NCBI GenBank assembly: GCA_050951545.1
Contig: JBMNJG010000003.1
Coordinates: 192,001 to 256,000 of the forward strand
Reading direction: 5' to 3'
DNA from: Limnochordia bacterium
Lineage (GTDB): Bacteria; Bacillota; Limnochordia; DTU080
Length of the DNA stretch: 64,000 bases
The notes beneath the pieces were generated by a model. It made no database searches, was not told where the DNA came from, and saw only the letters and a list, made by a program, of their open reading frames with translations. The position numbers and the translations under genes were made by a program. This document shows, in pieces, positions 41,802-49,555 of this stretch. The number at the start of each line of letters is the position of its first letter. Position 1 is the first letter of the stretch.

Positions 41802-41955
41802 CTTTTGCTGACACTTCCTTAGTACGTCGTTCCACGCTGCATCATCGACATGAGCGCCCATCATCTTTATGGGTGGTGTACGCTTAGTCCCATTTCGCCA
41901 GAGAAAAGCGGCTTCCTGCTTAGTGCAAGGTTTTCCCTTCACTTGTGCCACATTT

Positions 41956-43290
41956 TTACAGCATCTGCGGCTCCTTCGCTCTTAGTCCGTCGACAAAGGC
42001 TTCCACCGCGGTAGCTCTCACCATGCTGCCTGGTTTGGCAGCATCGATGCCTGGAACATGCACCCGTACATACGTATCCGTAAGACCTTGCACATAGTCC
42101 GGAAACCTGTCAGATGGGGCCTCAACAAGCACCTCCACCGGACAACCAACGAGCTGTCGATGATGGGACAGGGCCAGGTCATCGCTCAGCGCGAGTAGCC
42201 GCTGTGTCCGCTTGCGCTTGACAGCCGCCTCCACGTGTCCTCCCATGGCCGCAGCCCGTGTCCCTGCCCGACGCGAGTAGGGAAAGACATGGATCTTACT
42301 AAAGTCCATCCCAGCGCAGAAATCACAGGTTGCCTCGAAACTGGCGTCCGTTTCTCCAGGAAAGGCCACGATGATGTCCGTCGTAATCGCCAGGCCTGGC
42401 ACAGCCCTACGCAGCTGGCTTACCTGTTGAGCGTACTCAGCAACGGAGTTACGCCGCCTCATAGCTCGGAGTATAGTGTCGTCACCTGCTTGTGCCGGGA
42501 TATGCAAGTGCCTGCATATGCGCCTGTTGCCCGCCATGACTGCGATGAGCTCGGAAGTGATCTCATGGGGATCGAGCGAGCTGAGGCGTAGACGCAGAAG
42601 CCCAGGCACTGCTGCTACCGCCTGCACCAGATCCGCCAAGGTTAGAGGGCTCACCAGATCCGCACCGTAGGCTCCTAAGTGTACCCCAGCTAATACGATC
42701 TCCGGAACGCCAGCGGACACCAGAGCCTGCGCCTCCTCCAGTATATGGTGTGGGAGACGACTGCGACTGCGTCCACGAATCCGCGGAATCAGGCAGTATG
42801 AGCAGAACTCGTTGCAGCCATCCTGCACCTTGATGACCGCCCGGCTTCTCCCCTCCACGTGAGTCGCCGGCATTTCTTCATACTCCCGGCACTGGGCTAT
42901 CTTCCCCACCGCGCCAATAGGCTGCCCAGTTGCCGCGGCTTTCTCAACGAAGTCCACAATCCGCCTCCGCCCATCGGTACCGACCACAATGTCTACGCCG
43001 CCAATGGCCGCTACCTCAGCAGCTGCTGCCTGTGAGTGGCAACCCATGGCGACCACAATAGCCCCAGGATTCCGCCTGACGGCACGTCGGATCATCTGGC
43101 GCGACTTCCTCGCCCCGACATTCGTGACACTGCAGGTGTTTATCACATAGACATCGGCCTCTTCACTGAAGTCGACGATACGGTATCCCCGCTCGCGAAA
43201 CATGCTAGCCACAGCTTGCGTCTCGTACATGTTCACTTTACAGCCTAGTGTCGTAAAGGCTGCTCGTTTGGGCTCTGCTATACCACTCAG
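41956..43290 (-). CDS. mtaB: tRNA t6A37 methylthiotransferase (start uncertain, probably CTG)
   Basis: TLGCKVN, NTCSV, KVQDGCNEFCSYC, HVFPYS, TRAM domain. Confidence 0.93.
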   Translation of the reverse strand: MSGIAEPKRAAFTTLGCKVNMYETQAVASMFRERGYRIVDFSEEADVYVINTCSVTNVGARKSRQMIRRAVRRNPGAIVVAMGCHSQAAAAEVAAIGGVDIVVGTDGRRRIVDFVEKAAATGQPIGAVGKIAQCREYEEMPATHVEGRSRAVIKVQDGCNEFCSYCLIPRIRGRSRSRLPHHILEEAQALVSAGVPEIVLAGVHLGAYGADLVSPLTLADLVQAVAAVPGLLRLRLSSLDPHEITSELIAVMAGNRRICRHLHIPAQAGDDTILRAMRRRNSVAEYAQQVSQLRRAVPGLAITTDIIVAFPGETDASFEATCDFCAGMDFSKIHVFPYSRRAGTRAAAMGGHVEAAVKRKRTQRLLALSDDLALSHHRQLVGCPVEVLVEAPSDRFPDYVQGLTDTYVRVHVPGIDAAKPGSMVRATAVEAFVDGLRAKEPQML

Positions 43291-43309
43291 CGCTAATCCC
43301 TCCGGCAAC

Positions 43310-43338
43310 AGTGTAGCGATTGGGGTCTCTTGTGGCAA
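43310..43338 (-). promoter_or_regulatory. sigmaA-like promoter of mtaB
   Basis: TTGCCA-N17-TACACT immediately upstream of GGAGG. Confidence 0.6.
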
Positions 43339-43416
43339 GAGCTCAGGCAGCTCTTCATAAAGAGGGTACACTCAGCACCCCGCCGAAAAGAGTCCAAAAG
43401 ATGGAGGTGTACCGCG

Positions 43417-44112
43417 TTGAAACAGCGCGTACTGGTTGTCGACGATGAACCAGCCATCCTGGAGCTCGTCTCCTTCAACCTAAAAAAGGAAGGCTACGAC
43501 GTCGTCACAGCAGCCGACGGCAAGAGCGCTCTAGAAGTGTTCGCGGCTGAGAAGCCCGACTTGGTCGTCCTGGATCTGATGATTCCCGAACCCGACGGTT
43601 ACGAGGTCTGCAAGCTCATCCGTGCCCAAAGTGCTGTGCCCGTGATCATGCTGACAGCCAGAGGCGAAGAACAAGACCGCGTCCGCGGACTGGATCTGGG
43701 CGCCGACGATTACGTTGTCAAGCCTTTCAGTCCACGTGAGCTGCTGGCCCGAGTTCGTGCGGTGCTGCGCCGCTCCCCTGTTGCCCAGGAAACCGACCGC
43801 CTGGTCGCCGGAGACCTAGTCATCGACAGTGAACGGCACCAAGTGACCATTGCGGGAGAACTCGTGGAACTCACGCCGAAGGAATTTGATCTACTCAAGA
43901 TGCTTGCCGAAAATGCTGGCAGAGCACTTGAGAGAGACTTCTTGCTTGAGAAGGTGTGGGGCTACGCTTTCGCTGGGGCAACCCGCACACTGGACGTGCA
44001 TATTCGCCGCCTGCGACAGAAAATCGACGATGACCCGCAGAACCCTCGCTATATCGAGACCGTGCACGGCGTAGGATACCGCTTCAGAGAGCAGGGCGGA
44101 CAAGATGCTTGA
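43417..44112 (+). CDS. phoP: OmpR/PhoB-family response regulator, PhoP-like
   Basis: VVDDE, LDLMIP, GADDYVVKPF, winged helix RTLDVHIRRLRQK..TVHGVGY. TTG 43417 follows GGAGGTG; clustered with phoU. Confidence 0.85.
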   Translation: MKQRVLVVDDEPAILELVSFNLKKEGYDVVTAADGKSALEVFAAEKPDLVVLDLMIPEPDGYEVCKLIRAQSAVPVIMLTARGEEQDRVRGLDLGADDYVVKPFSPRELLARVRAVLRRSPVAQETDRLVAGDLVIDSERHQVTIAGELVELTPKEFDLLKMLAENAGRALERDFLLEKVWGYAFAGATRTLDVHIRRLRQKIDDDPQNPRYIETVHGVGYRFREQGGQDA

Positions 44113-44165
44113 GCAGCCTGGCAGTATAGCGGGTCATCGCGATAGCCAGCGCTGGAGTCGCTGGC

Positions 44166-45455
44166 TTGCTTATCGGCTTAGGTTTCTGGGGCTGGGCGCT
44201 GCTTCCTGCGGGATTCGCCGCGTACCTCGCCTGGCAAGTGACCTACCGTAGTGCTGCAGCGAGGGCGGGCCTGGCCCAGCTTGAGGCCGCGATCGCGCAG
44301 CTGCCTGAAGGCAAGCTGCCCAGTCTCTCTTCGGTACCAGGCGTCGAGCTCATCCACCTGGCCGCCACTCTCGAGGAGATGCATGAGCGCGTGCAGCAAC
44401 GCTTGACGCAGCTTGAGCACGACCGAGATCGCCTGCAAGCAGTTTTTACCAGCATGCGTGACGCCGTAATCGCCCTGGGCTCATCAGGACGCATCGCGCT
44501 CATCAACCCAGGGGCCGAGCGCTTGTTTCACGTCGAGGCTAAGGAGGTCGAAGGTCGCACTGTCCTAGAAGTCATCCGGCATCGTCAGCTATCCCGGGCC
44601 ATGCAACAGGCCTTAGGTGGAGCACAGCCTATTACCTTCGAATTTGAGACGATTGACGTGCCACCTCGCCATCTTCAGGCTGAGGTTGCTCCTGTGCGAA
44701 CCGTAGCCGGCAAGTTGTCCGGAGCAGTCGCCGTGTTGCACGACGTCACGCAACTGCGGCAACTGGAGAGGATTCGTTCCGAGTTTGTGGCCAACGTTTC
44801 CCATGAATTGCGCACCCCCATTACTTCCATCAAAGGTTTCCTGGAAACCCTCCTTGACGGGGCGATGCACGAACCTGAGGTTTGCGAGCGTTTCCTCTCT
44901 ATCCTCGCGAGCGAAACAGAGCGACTAGCGCGTCTCGTTGACGACCTTCTGGAGCTCTCACGTCTGGAAAAAGACGAAGCCCCTATGACCTTGGAGACTC
45001 TCAACCTACAGGCCGAAGCCACGCAAGCCCTCGAGCTTGTGGCGCCCATGGCCCAAGAACAGGGCCTCACTCTTGCCTTGCAGGTGCCTGCAAGTCTTCA
45101 GGTTAAAGCCGATGCCTCCCAGCTGCGTCAGGCGCTTCTAAATCTTCTCGATAATGCCATCAAATACACGCCGCAAGGTGGGCGCGTCTGGATAGAAGGA
45201 AGCGACGTCGCCGAAGATGGGCTCGTCACGATTAGCGTTTGTGACACTGGTCAAGGAATTCCGTCGCGCCATGTGCCTCGGCTCTTTGAGCGATTCTATA
45301 GAGTCGACAAGGCTCGATCAAGAGCCATGGGAGGAACGGGGCTGGGCCTCTCCATCGTCCGACACATCGTCGAACAACACGGGGGTCAGATCCACGTGGA
45401 AAGCAAAATGGGACACGGAAGTCGCTTCACGATTGCCCTCCCGAGACACCCCTAG
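44166..45455 (+). CDS. phoR: PAS-containing sensor histidine kinase, PhoR-like (5' end disrupted)
   Basis: PAS domain; FVANVSHELRTP, NLLDNAIKY, DTGQGI, FERFYRVDKARSR, GGTGLGL. Confidence 0.87.
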   Translation: MLIGLGFWGWALLPAGFAAYLAWQVTYRSAAARAGLAQLEAAIAQLPEGKLPSLSSVPGVELIHLAATLEEMHERVQQRLTQLEHDRDRLQAVFTSMRDAVIALGSSGRIALINPGAERLFHVEAKEVEGRTVLEVIRHRQLSRAMQQALGGAQPITFEFETIDVPPRHLQAEVAPVRTVAGKLSGAVAVLHDVTQLRQLERIRSEFVANVSHELRTPITSIKGFLETLLDGAMHEPEVCERFLSILASETERLARLVDDLLELSRLEKDEAPMTLETLNLQAEATQALELVAPMAQEQGLTLALQVPASLQVKADASQLRQALLNLLDNAIKYTPQGGRVWIEGSDVAEDGLVTISVCDTGQGIPSRHVPRLFERFYRVDKARSRAMGGTGLGLSIVRHIVEQHGGQIHVESKMGHGSRFTIALPRHP

Positions 45456-45471
45456 TTACCTGTCCTGAGTC

Positions 45472-45528
45472 TTTACATATTGTTTACTACCCTGCAGACG
45501 GCGTGTCCTGGGTTTGTGGTGTTATACT
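45472..45528 (+). promoter_or_regulatory. Pho-box-like direct repeat plus extended -10
   Basis: TTTACA (45472) and TTTACT (45483) at an 11-bp period; TGtTATACT at 45520-45528; no good -35. Confidence 0.6.
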
Positions 45529-45541
45529 TGAAGGTGATGAA

Positions 45542-46906
45542 ATGTCGGGGGGGATCGCGCTGAACCTAGTGGCGTCTTTGCCAACAGTCACCAGCACAGC
45601 CGTAGCCAGTCTACTGCTTGCGGGGCTTACAAGCGCGACAATCGCTTTCATTCTTCCGCAGGGCGCTGCCAGTTTCGTGCGCCTTGGCATGGAGTGGGCC
45701 TCTGTCTTGTCGGGAGTCGGTTACCTGGCCTTTGCCCTGGCTTTCACTGGTCGGATCTCTTTCGTGCTTGGCGGCGTAGCCATTGTCTTATCATACCTGC
45801 CGCTCAGCGTCCTTCTCCTGTTGCATGCTCTCGAGCCCCACTGGACAGAGTTGGTAGCTGGTCGTGCATTGGGTCTGTCAGTATGGCAAATCGTGGTGGC
45901 TACAATCGCAAAAGCCCGTGTGACGCTACGCGCTGCAGTCGGACTCTATGCGTCACGTCTTCTAGCGGATTTGGTCGCTTTGTCAGCGATCTCAGAAGCA
46001 AGGGGTAGCATTGCCTGGGCACTCTGCCTTCTGCCCATCTCGATCTTGTGTTTTCGAAGGTCCCTGGCGGTATTTGTCACCGGTACGGGTCGGCCTATCT
46101 ATCCACCTCTGTTTGGCCCACTCCCTGAATTACCACCGCGCCTACGAGTTACGCCTAGATTGGCGATTCCCGCTTACCTGACGCTGTATACTACAGTTTT
46201 GGTTGTGGCGGCTGCGGCTGTGCTAGAGTTTGGAGGCCTAGCCGTTTTGCACAGTTGGGCCGCCGGAACACTGTCTGGTTTGTCTCAGCCGCCCATACAG
46301 ACAGATGCTGTGCGGGCGGCTATAGGCGACGCGCTCCCCATTCTTGCCGGTGCGGGCTCCCTGGTACTGCTGTGGAGGCGTAGCCGTGGCCGTATCCGTT
46401 GCAGGGCATTTTCATCGCTAGCCGTGAGTGCAGCTGCTTTGTCGCCCATCCTCTTGGCCTACCCAGCCGTGGCCATCTTTGAGGCCGAGCAACCCATTTG
46501 GCTTTTTTTCGCAATTGCTGGACTGGCTGTCTACATCGCGCTTCAAGATATCGCCGCACGGTGGGCGCATTCCCTAGCAGCTAGACGCATGTTGAGGCCT
46601 GGTCAAGCCACAGCTGCTGCAGCGGCAGGAGCTCTGGGTCTGCCGACCATGGAACCCTATGGCCGTGTTTTCTTCCTCAGCCAGGCGCTCTCTTCAGCCG
46701 CTGCCTGGTTTGCTAGTGCGGCATTCCTAGTCGCTCTCAACTGCCCCCGCCAGAGTCTCTCTGCAGCACCTGCACTGGTGTGGGCGGTCATGGCTGGTGC
46801 CGCCCAGGCGTCTGCCCTGGCTCTGCGCTCAACAGAGCCTCGCCCGCAGCTACGTGAAGGGGCACAACCTACTACGTTGGAGGATCTCTGGAATGAGATT
46901 ACCTGA
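45542..46906 (+). CDS. Highly divergent polytopic membrane protein, fused PstC/PstA-like
   Basis: Many hydrophobic helices; two EAA-loop-like segments (ELVAGRALGLSVWQIV and AAAAAGALGLP); directly upstream of and overlapping the pstB-like gene. Confidence 0.55.
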   Translation: MSGGIALNLVASLPTVTSTAVASLLLAGLTSATIAFILPQGAASFVRLGMEWASVLSGVGYLAFALAFTGRISFVLGGVAIVLSYLPLSVLLLLHALEPHWTELVAGRALGLSVWQIVVATIAKARVTLRAAVGLYASRLLADLVALSAISEARGSIAWALCLLPISILCFRRSLAVFVTGTGRPIYPPLFGPLPELPPRLRVTPRLAIPAYLTLYTTVLVVAAAAVLEFGGLAVLHSWAAGTLSGLSQPPIQTDAVRAAIGDALPILAGAGSLVLLWRRSRGRIRCRAFSSLAVSAAALSPILLAYPAVAIFEAEQPIWLFFAIAGLAVYIALQDIAARWAHSLAARRMLRPGQATAAAAAGALGLPTMEPYGRVFFLSQALSSAAAWFASAAFLVALNCPRQSLSAAPALVWAVMAGAAQASALALRSTEPRPQLREGAQPTTLEDLWNEIT

Positions 46907-47714
46907 ACCGCCAAGCTCGCTTTCTCTGGCTGTGGCCAACCTCACCGCGCAGGTGGATGGGGTGCAACTGCTAGATCACGTTTCCTTTGAGGTACCGGCT
47001 GGTGGTAGCCTGTCGATCGTGGGTCCAGTGGGCTCAGGCAAATCGGCACTGATGTGGGCTATCAACCGCCTCTTGGACGAAGTGCCAGGCGCTCACGTTG
47101 ACGGGCGGATTCTCGTGGCCGGAGTGGATATCACCCAGGTCGCTTCACGCGTGCTGCGGCGACGCGTCGGCCTGCTTATCCCCACACCCTTGGCTCGTAC
47201 ACCTTTTGACGAGATCGCCCTGTCTTTGCGGGGCCTGTCTCGAGAGGAGATCGGTGAACAGACCGAGCGAGTTCTACGCCTGGTGGGCCTATGGCACGAA
47301 ATGCGTGATCGCCTACGCAGACCGTACAACGTCAACAACCCGGTGACTCTCCGCCTAATGGCTCTGGCTCGCGCCCTCGCCACTTCTCCCGGACTGCTAT
47401 TGCTGGATGACCCCACAAGAGGTCTGGACAGCATTGGCAGAGCCCGCTTTGAGGATACTGTGATGGCGGCCACCGCGGCAGGCACCATGACTCTGCTCTG
47501 GGCGACCCGAGAGCCCGACCAAGCCGGGCGGGTGGCCAAGCACATGGCCTTTCTCTGTTGCGGGAAGATCATCGAGACAGGGCCTACAGAGAGCCTCTTC
47601 GAGCGCCCCAAAGATCCTCGCACCGAGAGCTTCCTTACAGGGAACTACAAAAGGCTTCTCTCCCTCGTAAGTCGTTCATCATCACAGGATCTGTCTGGAG
47701 GCAGGAACTCATGA
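46893..47714 (+). CDS. Degenerate PstB-like ABC ATPase
   Basis: Walker A GPVGSGKS; PstB-typical INRLLD, GLWHEMRDRL, PKDPRTESFLTG; Q-loop, LSGGQ, catalytic E and switch H are replaced. ATG follows GGAGG. Confidence 0.8.
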   Translation: MRLPEPPSSLSLAVANLTAQVDGVQLLDHVSFEVPAGGSLSIVGPVGSGKSALMWAINRLLDEVPGAHVDGRILVAGVDITQVASRVLRRRVGLLIPTPLARTPFDEIALSLRGLSREEIGEQTERVLRLVGLWHEMRDRLRRPYNVNNPVTLRLMALARALATSPGLLLLDDPTRGLDSIGRARFEDTVMAATAAGTMTLLWATREPDQAGRVAKHMAFLCCGKIIETGPTESLFERPKDPRTESFLTGNYKRLLSLVSRSSSQDLSGGRNS

Positions 47715-48367
47715 ACGAAGGCCGCTGCTGCCATCAACTAGAGAGCATCCACCATGACATCCTGCGCATGGGCACTCTTGTAGAAGAAGCGATTCGCGAT
47801 GCCGATCGCGCTTTGTCAGAACAAGACCTCAGCCTCGCTGAATCCGTCATTGAGGGCGACAAAGCCATCGATGATCTGGAGAGAGGCATAGAAACCGATT
47901 GCATACGCATCCTAGCTCTCCGCCATCCTCTGGCCAGCGACCTGCGGACTGTGACCACCGCCCTCAAGGTGATCACCGACTTGGAGCGCATGGGTGATCA
48001 TGCCACCGATATTGCCCTTATCACCGTGAGGATAGGAGTCAACCCACTGATCAAGCCTCTTGTTGATATCCCACGCATGTCCACTCTGGCCCGCCAGATG
48101 GTACATGAGAGCCTCGATGCATTCGTCAGACGCGACGTGGCTCTGGCGGAGAAGGTCTGTGGTGACGACGACCCTGTTGACAAGCTCTATTCAGAACTCC
48201 ACGACGAGCTGCTGGGCTTCATTGTGCAAGGGGACAGTGCGGTGCGTGCGGAGCAGGCTCTGAACCTACTCTTTGTGGCGCGTTACTTGGAAAGAATCGC
48301 AGATCACGCCACCAACATTGCTGAACGCGTGATCTATCTAGTCACTGGCGAACGCGTTTGCCCCTAG
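47711..48367 (+). CDS. phoU: Phosphate signalling complex protein PhoU
   Basis: PLASDLR, TDLERMGDHA, DDPVD, RYLERIADHATNIAE; ATGA overlap with the upstream gene. Confidence 0.95.
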   Translation: MNEGRCCHQLESIHHDILRMGTLVEEAIRDADRALSEQDLSLAESVIEGDKAIDDLERGIETDCIRILALRHPLASDLRTVTTALKVITDLERMGDHATDIALITVRIGVNPLIKPLVDIPRMSTLARQMVHESLDAFVRRDVALAEKVCGDDDPVDKLYSELHDELLGFIVQGDSAVRAEQALNLLFVARYLERIADHATNIAERVIYLVTGERVCP

Positions 48368-49065
48368 CAGACGCTGTCAACCAGCCACGGGCGAAAGCCA
48401 AGGGCATCAGCAGCCACCAGCTGATAGAAAACACCTCGATAGCATCCTTGCAGAGCTCGCCTGCCAGGTTCGCCGTGAAGATGACCATAGACACATAGCG
48501 CCACGCCGTACTCCTCTAGGATCTCCGTAAATCCCGTAGGCATGGCACCGCTCTCTGCGGGCGGAAAATGCATCATCGCCACCAAGCGGCGGGCTCCGGA
48601 TCTCCGGCCATGTTCTAGTGAGAAACGCAACCGCTGAAGCTCCCGCTCGTAGATACGGATATCGTGCGCACTGACCCCTTCTTTTGAGGGAAGATCCCAC
48701 CCACGCGCACCACAGACTGCCGTAGCGTCAGGCAAAAGTACGCAGTCATTCTGAATGGCCTGCACGTTAGAGGGCAACAGCTGGCGCACTTTGCCGATGC
48801 CTTGCCACCAATAATCATGATTTCCTCGCAACAAGACAATATGACCAGGAAGATCGCCGAGGTAGGCCAGATCAGGCAGGACATCCTCTAGGCGCATAGC
48901 CCAGGAGATATCACCCGGAACCAACACCCAATCGTCGCTGTGCACAACGCTATGCCAGGCCTCACGCAGCCGCGTCACATGATCGCGCCACTGAATGCCA
49001 AAGACATCCATGGGCTTGTCCTGGCCTCCTGGCAAGTGTAGATCGCCGATGGCAAACAGCCTCAT
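48364..49065 (-). CDS. Calcineurin-like metallophosphoesterase
   Basis: GDLH, KPMDVFG..W, PGDISW, GNHDYWW, HFPP, YGHLH. Confidence 0.92.
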   Translation of the reverse strand: MRLFAIGDLHLPGGQDKPMDVFGIQWRDHVTRLREAWHSVVHSDDWVLVPGDISWAMRLEDVLPDLAYLGDLPGHIVLLRGNHDYWWQGIGKVRQLLPSNVQAIQNDCVLLPDATAVCGARGWDLPSKEGVSAHDIRIYERELQRLRFSLEHGRRSGARRLVAMMHFPPAESGAMPTGFTEILEEYGVALCVYGHLHGEPGRRALQGCYRGVFYQLVAADALGFRPWLVDSVC

Positions 49066-49069
49066 CGAG

Positions 49070-49555
49070 TTAGTCGAAGTAGACAATCTGGGCATCCACC
49101 CCTGCCGCCGACAGCGTCAAGATAGCGTAGGAATACTGTGAACTCATGCGCTTATCCGTTGGAGAACCCGGATTAAGCAGCACAAGACCCTCATGTCTCA
49201 TGCACACAGCCCGATGTGAGTGGCCAAATACGATACAGTGCACGTCATCGAAGGAGCGCACGGCGCGAGTAAGCGTACTGCCACTGCTACCATCGCCGTG
49301 TACGACACCGATGCGCCACCCTTGTGCTTCGACCACTCGCCTGCGCGGAAGCATCCGTCGCAGCGGAGGTGGATCCATGTTGCCACACACTGCATGCACC
49401 GGAGCCGTCGTGGCTAGAGTTGAGAGCACATCAGGATGCACAAGGTCACCAGCGTGGATGATCAGGTCCACCCCGGCCATTCCCGAACAGACCTCCGGGG
49501 GAAGACGCCGGGCGCGACTTGGGATATGGGTATCGGACAAAACACCTATCCGCAT
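49070..49555 (-). CDS. YfcE/MJ0936 family phosphodiesterase
   Basis: SDTH, HAGD, GNMD, HGD, GHSH, NPGS. Confidence 0.92.
   Translation of the reverse strand: MRIGVLSDTHIPSRARRLPPEVCSGMAGVDLIIHAGDLVHPDVLSTLATTAPVHAVCGNMDPPPLRRMLPRRRVVEAQGWRIGVVHGDGSSGSTLTRAVRSFDDVHCIVFGHSHRAVCMRHEGLVLLNPGSPTDKRMSSQYSYAILTLSAAGVDAQIVYFD

Noticed and set aside
44127-44129. Pyrrolysine or amber recoding at the in-frame TAG of phoR
   Set aside because: Many genes in the window end normally at TAG and no pyl genes are visible. A point mutation or sequence error is simpler.
43372-48367. Pho cluster as a recently acquired mobile island
   Set aside because: No mobility genes or flanking repeats, and no composition shift obvious by eye.
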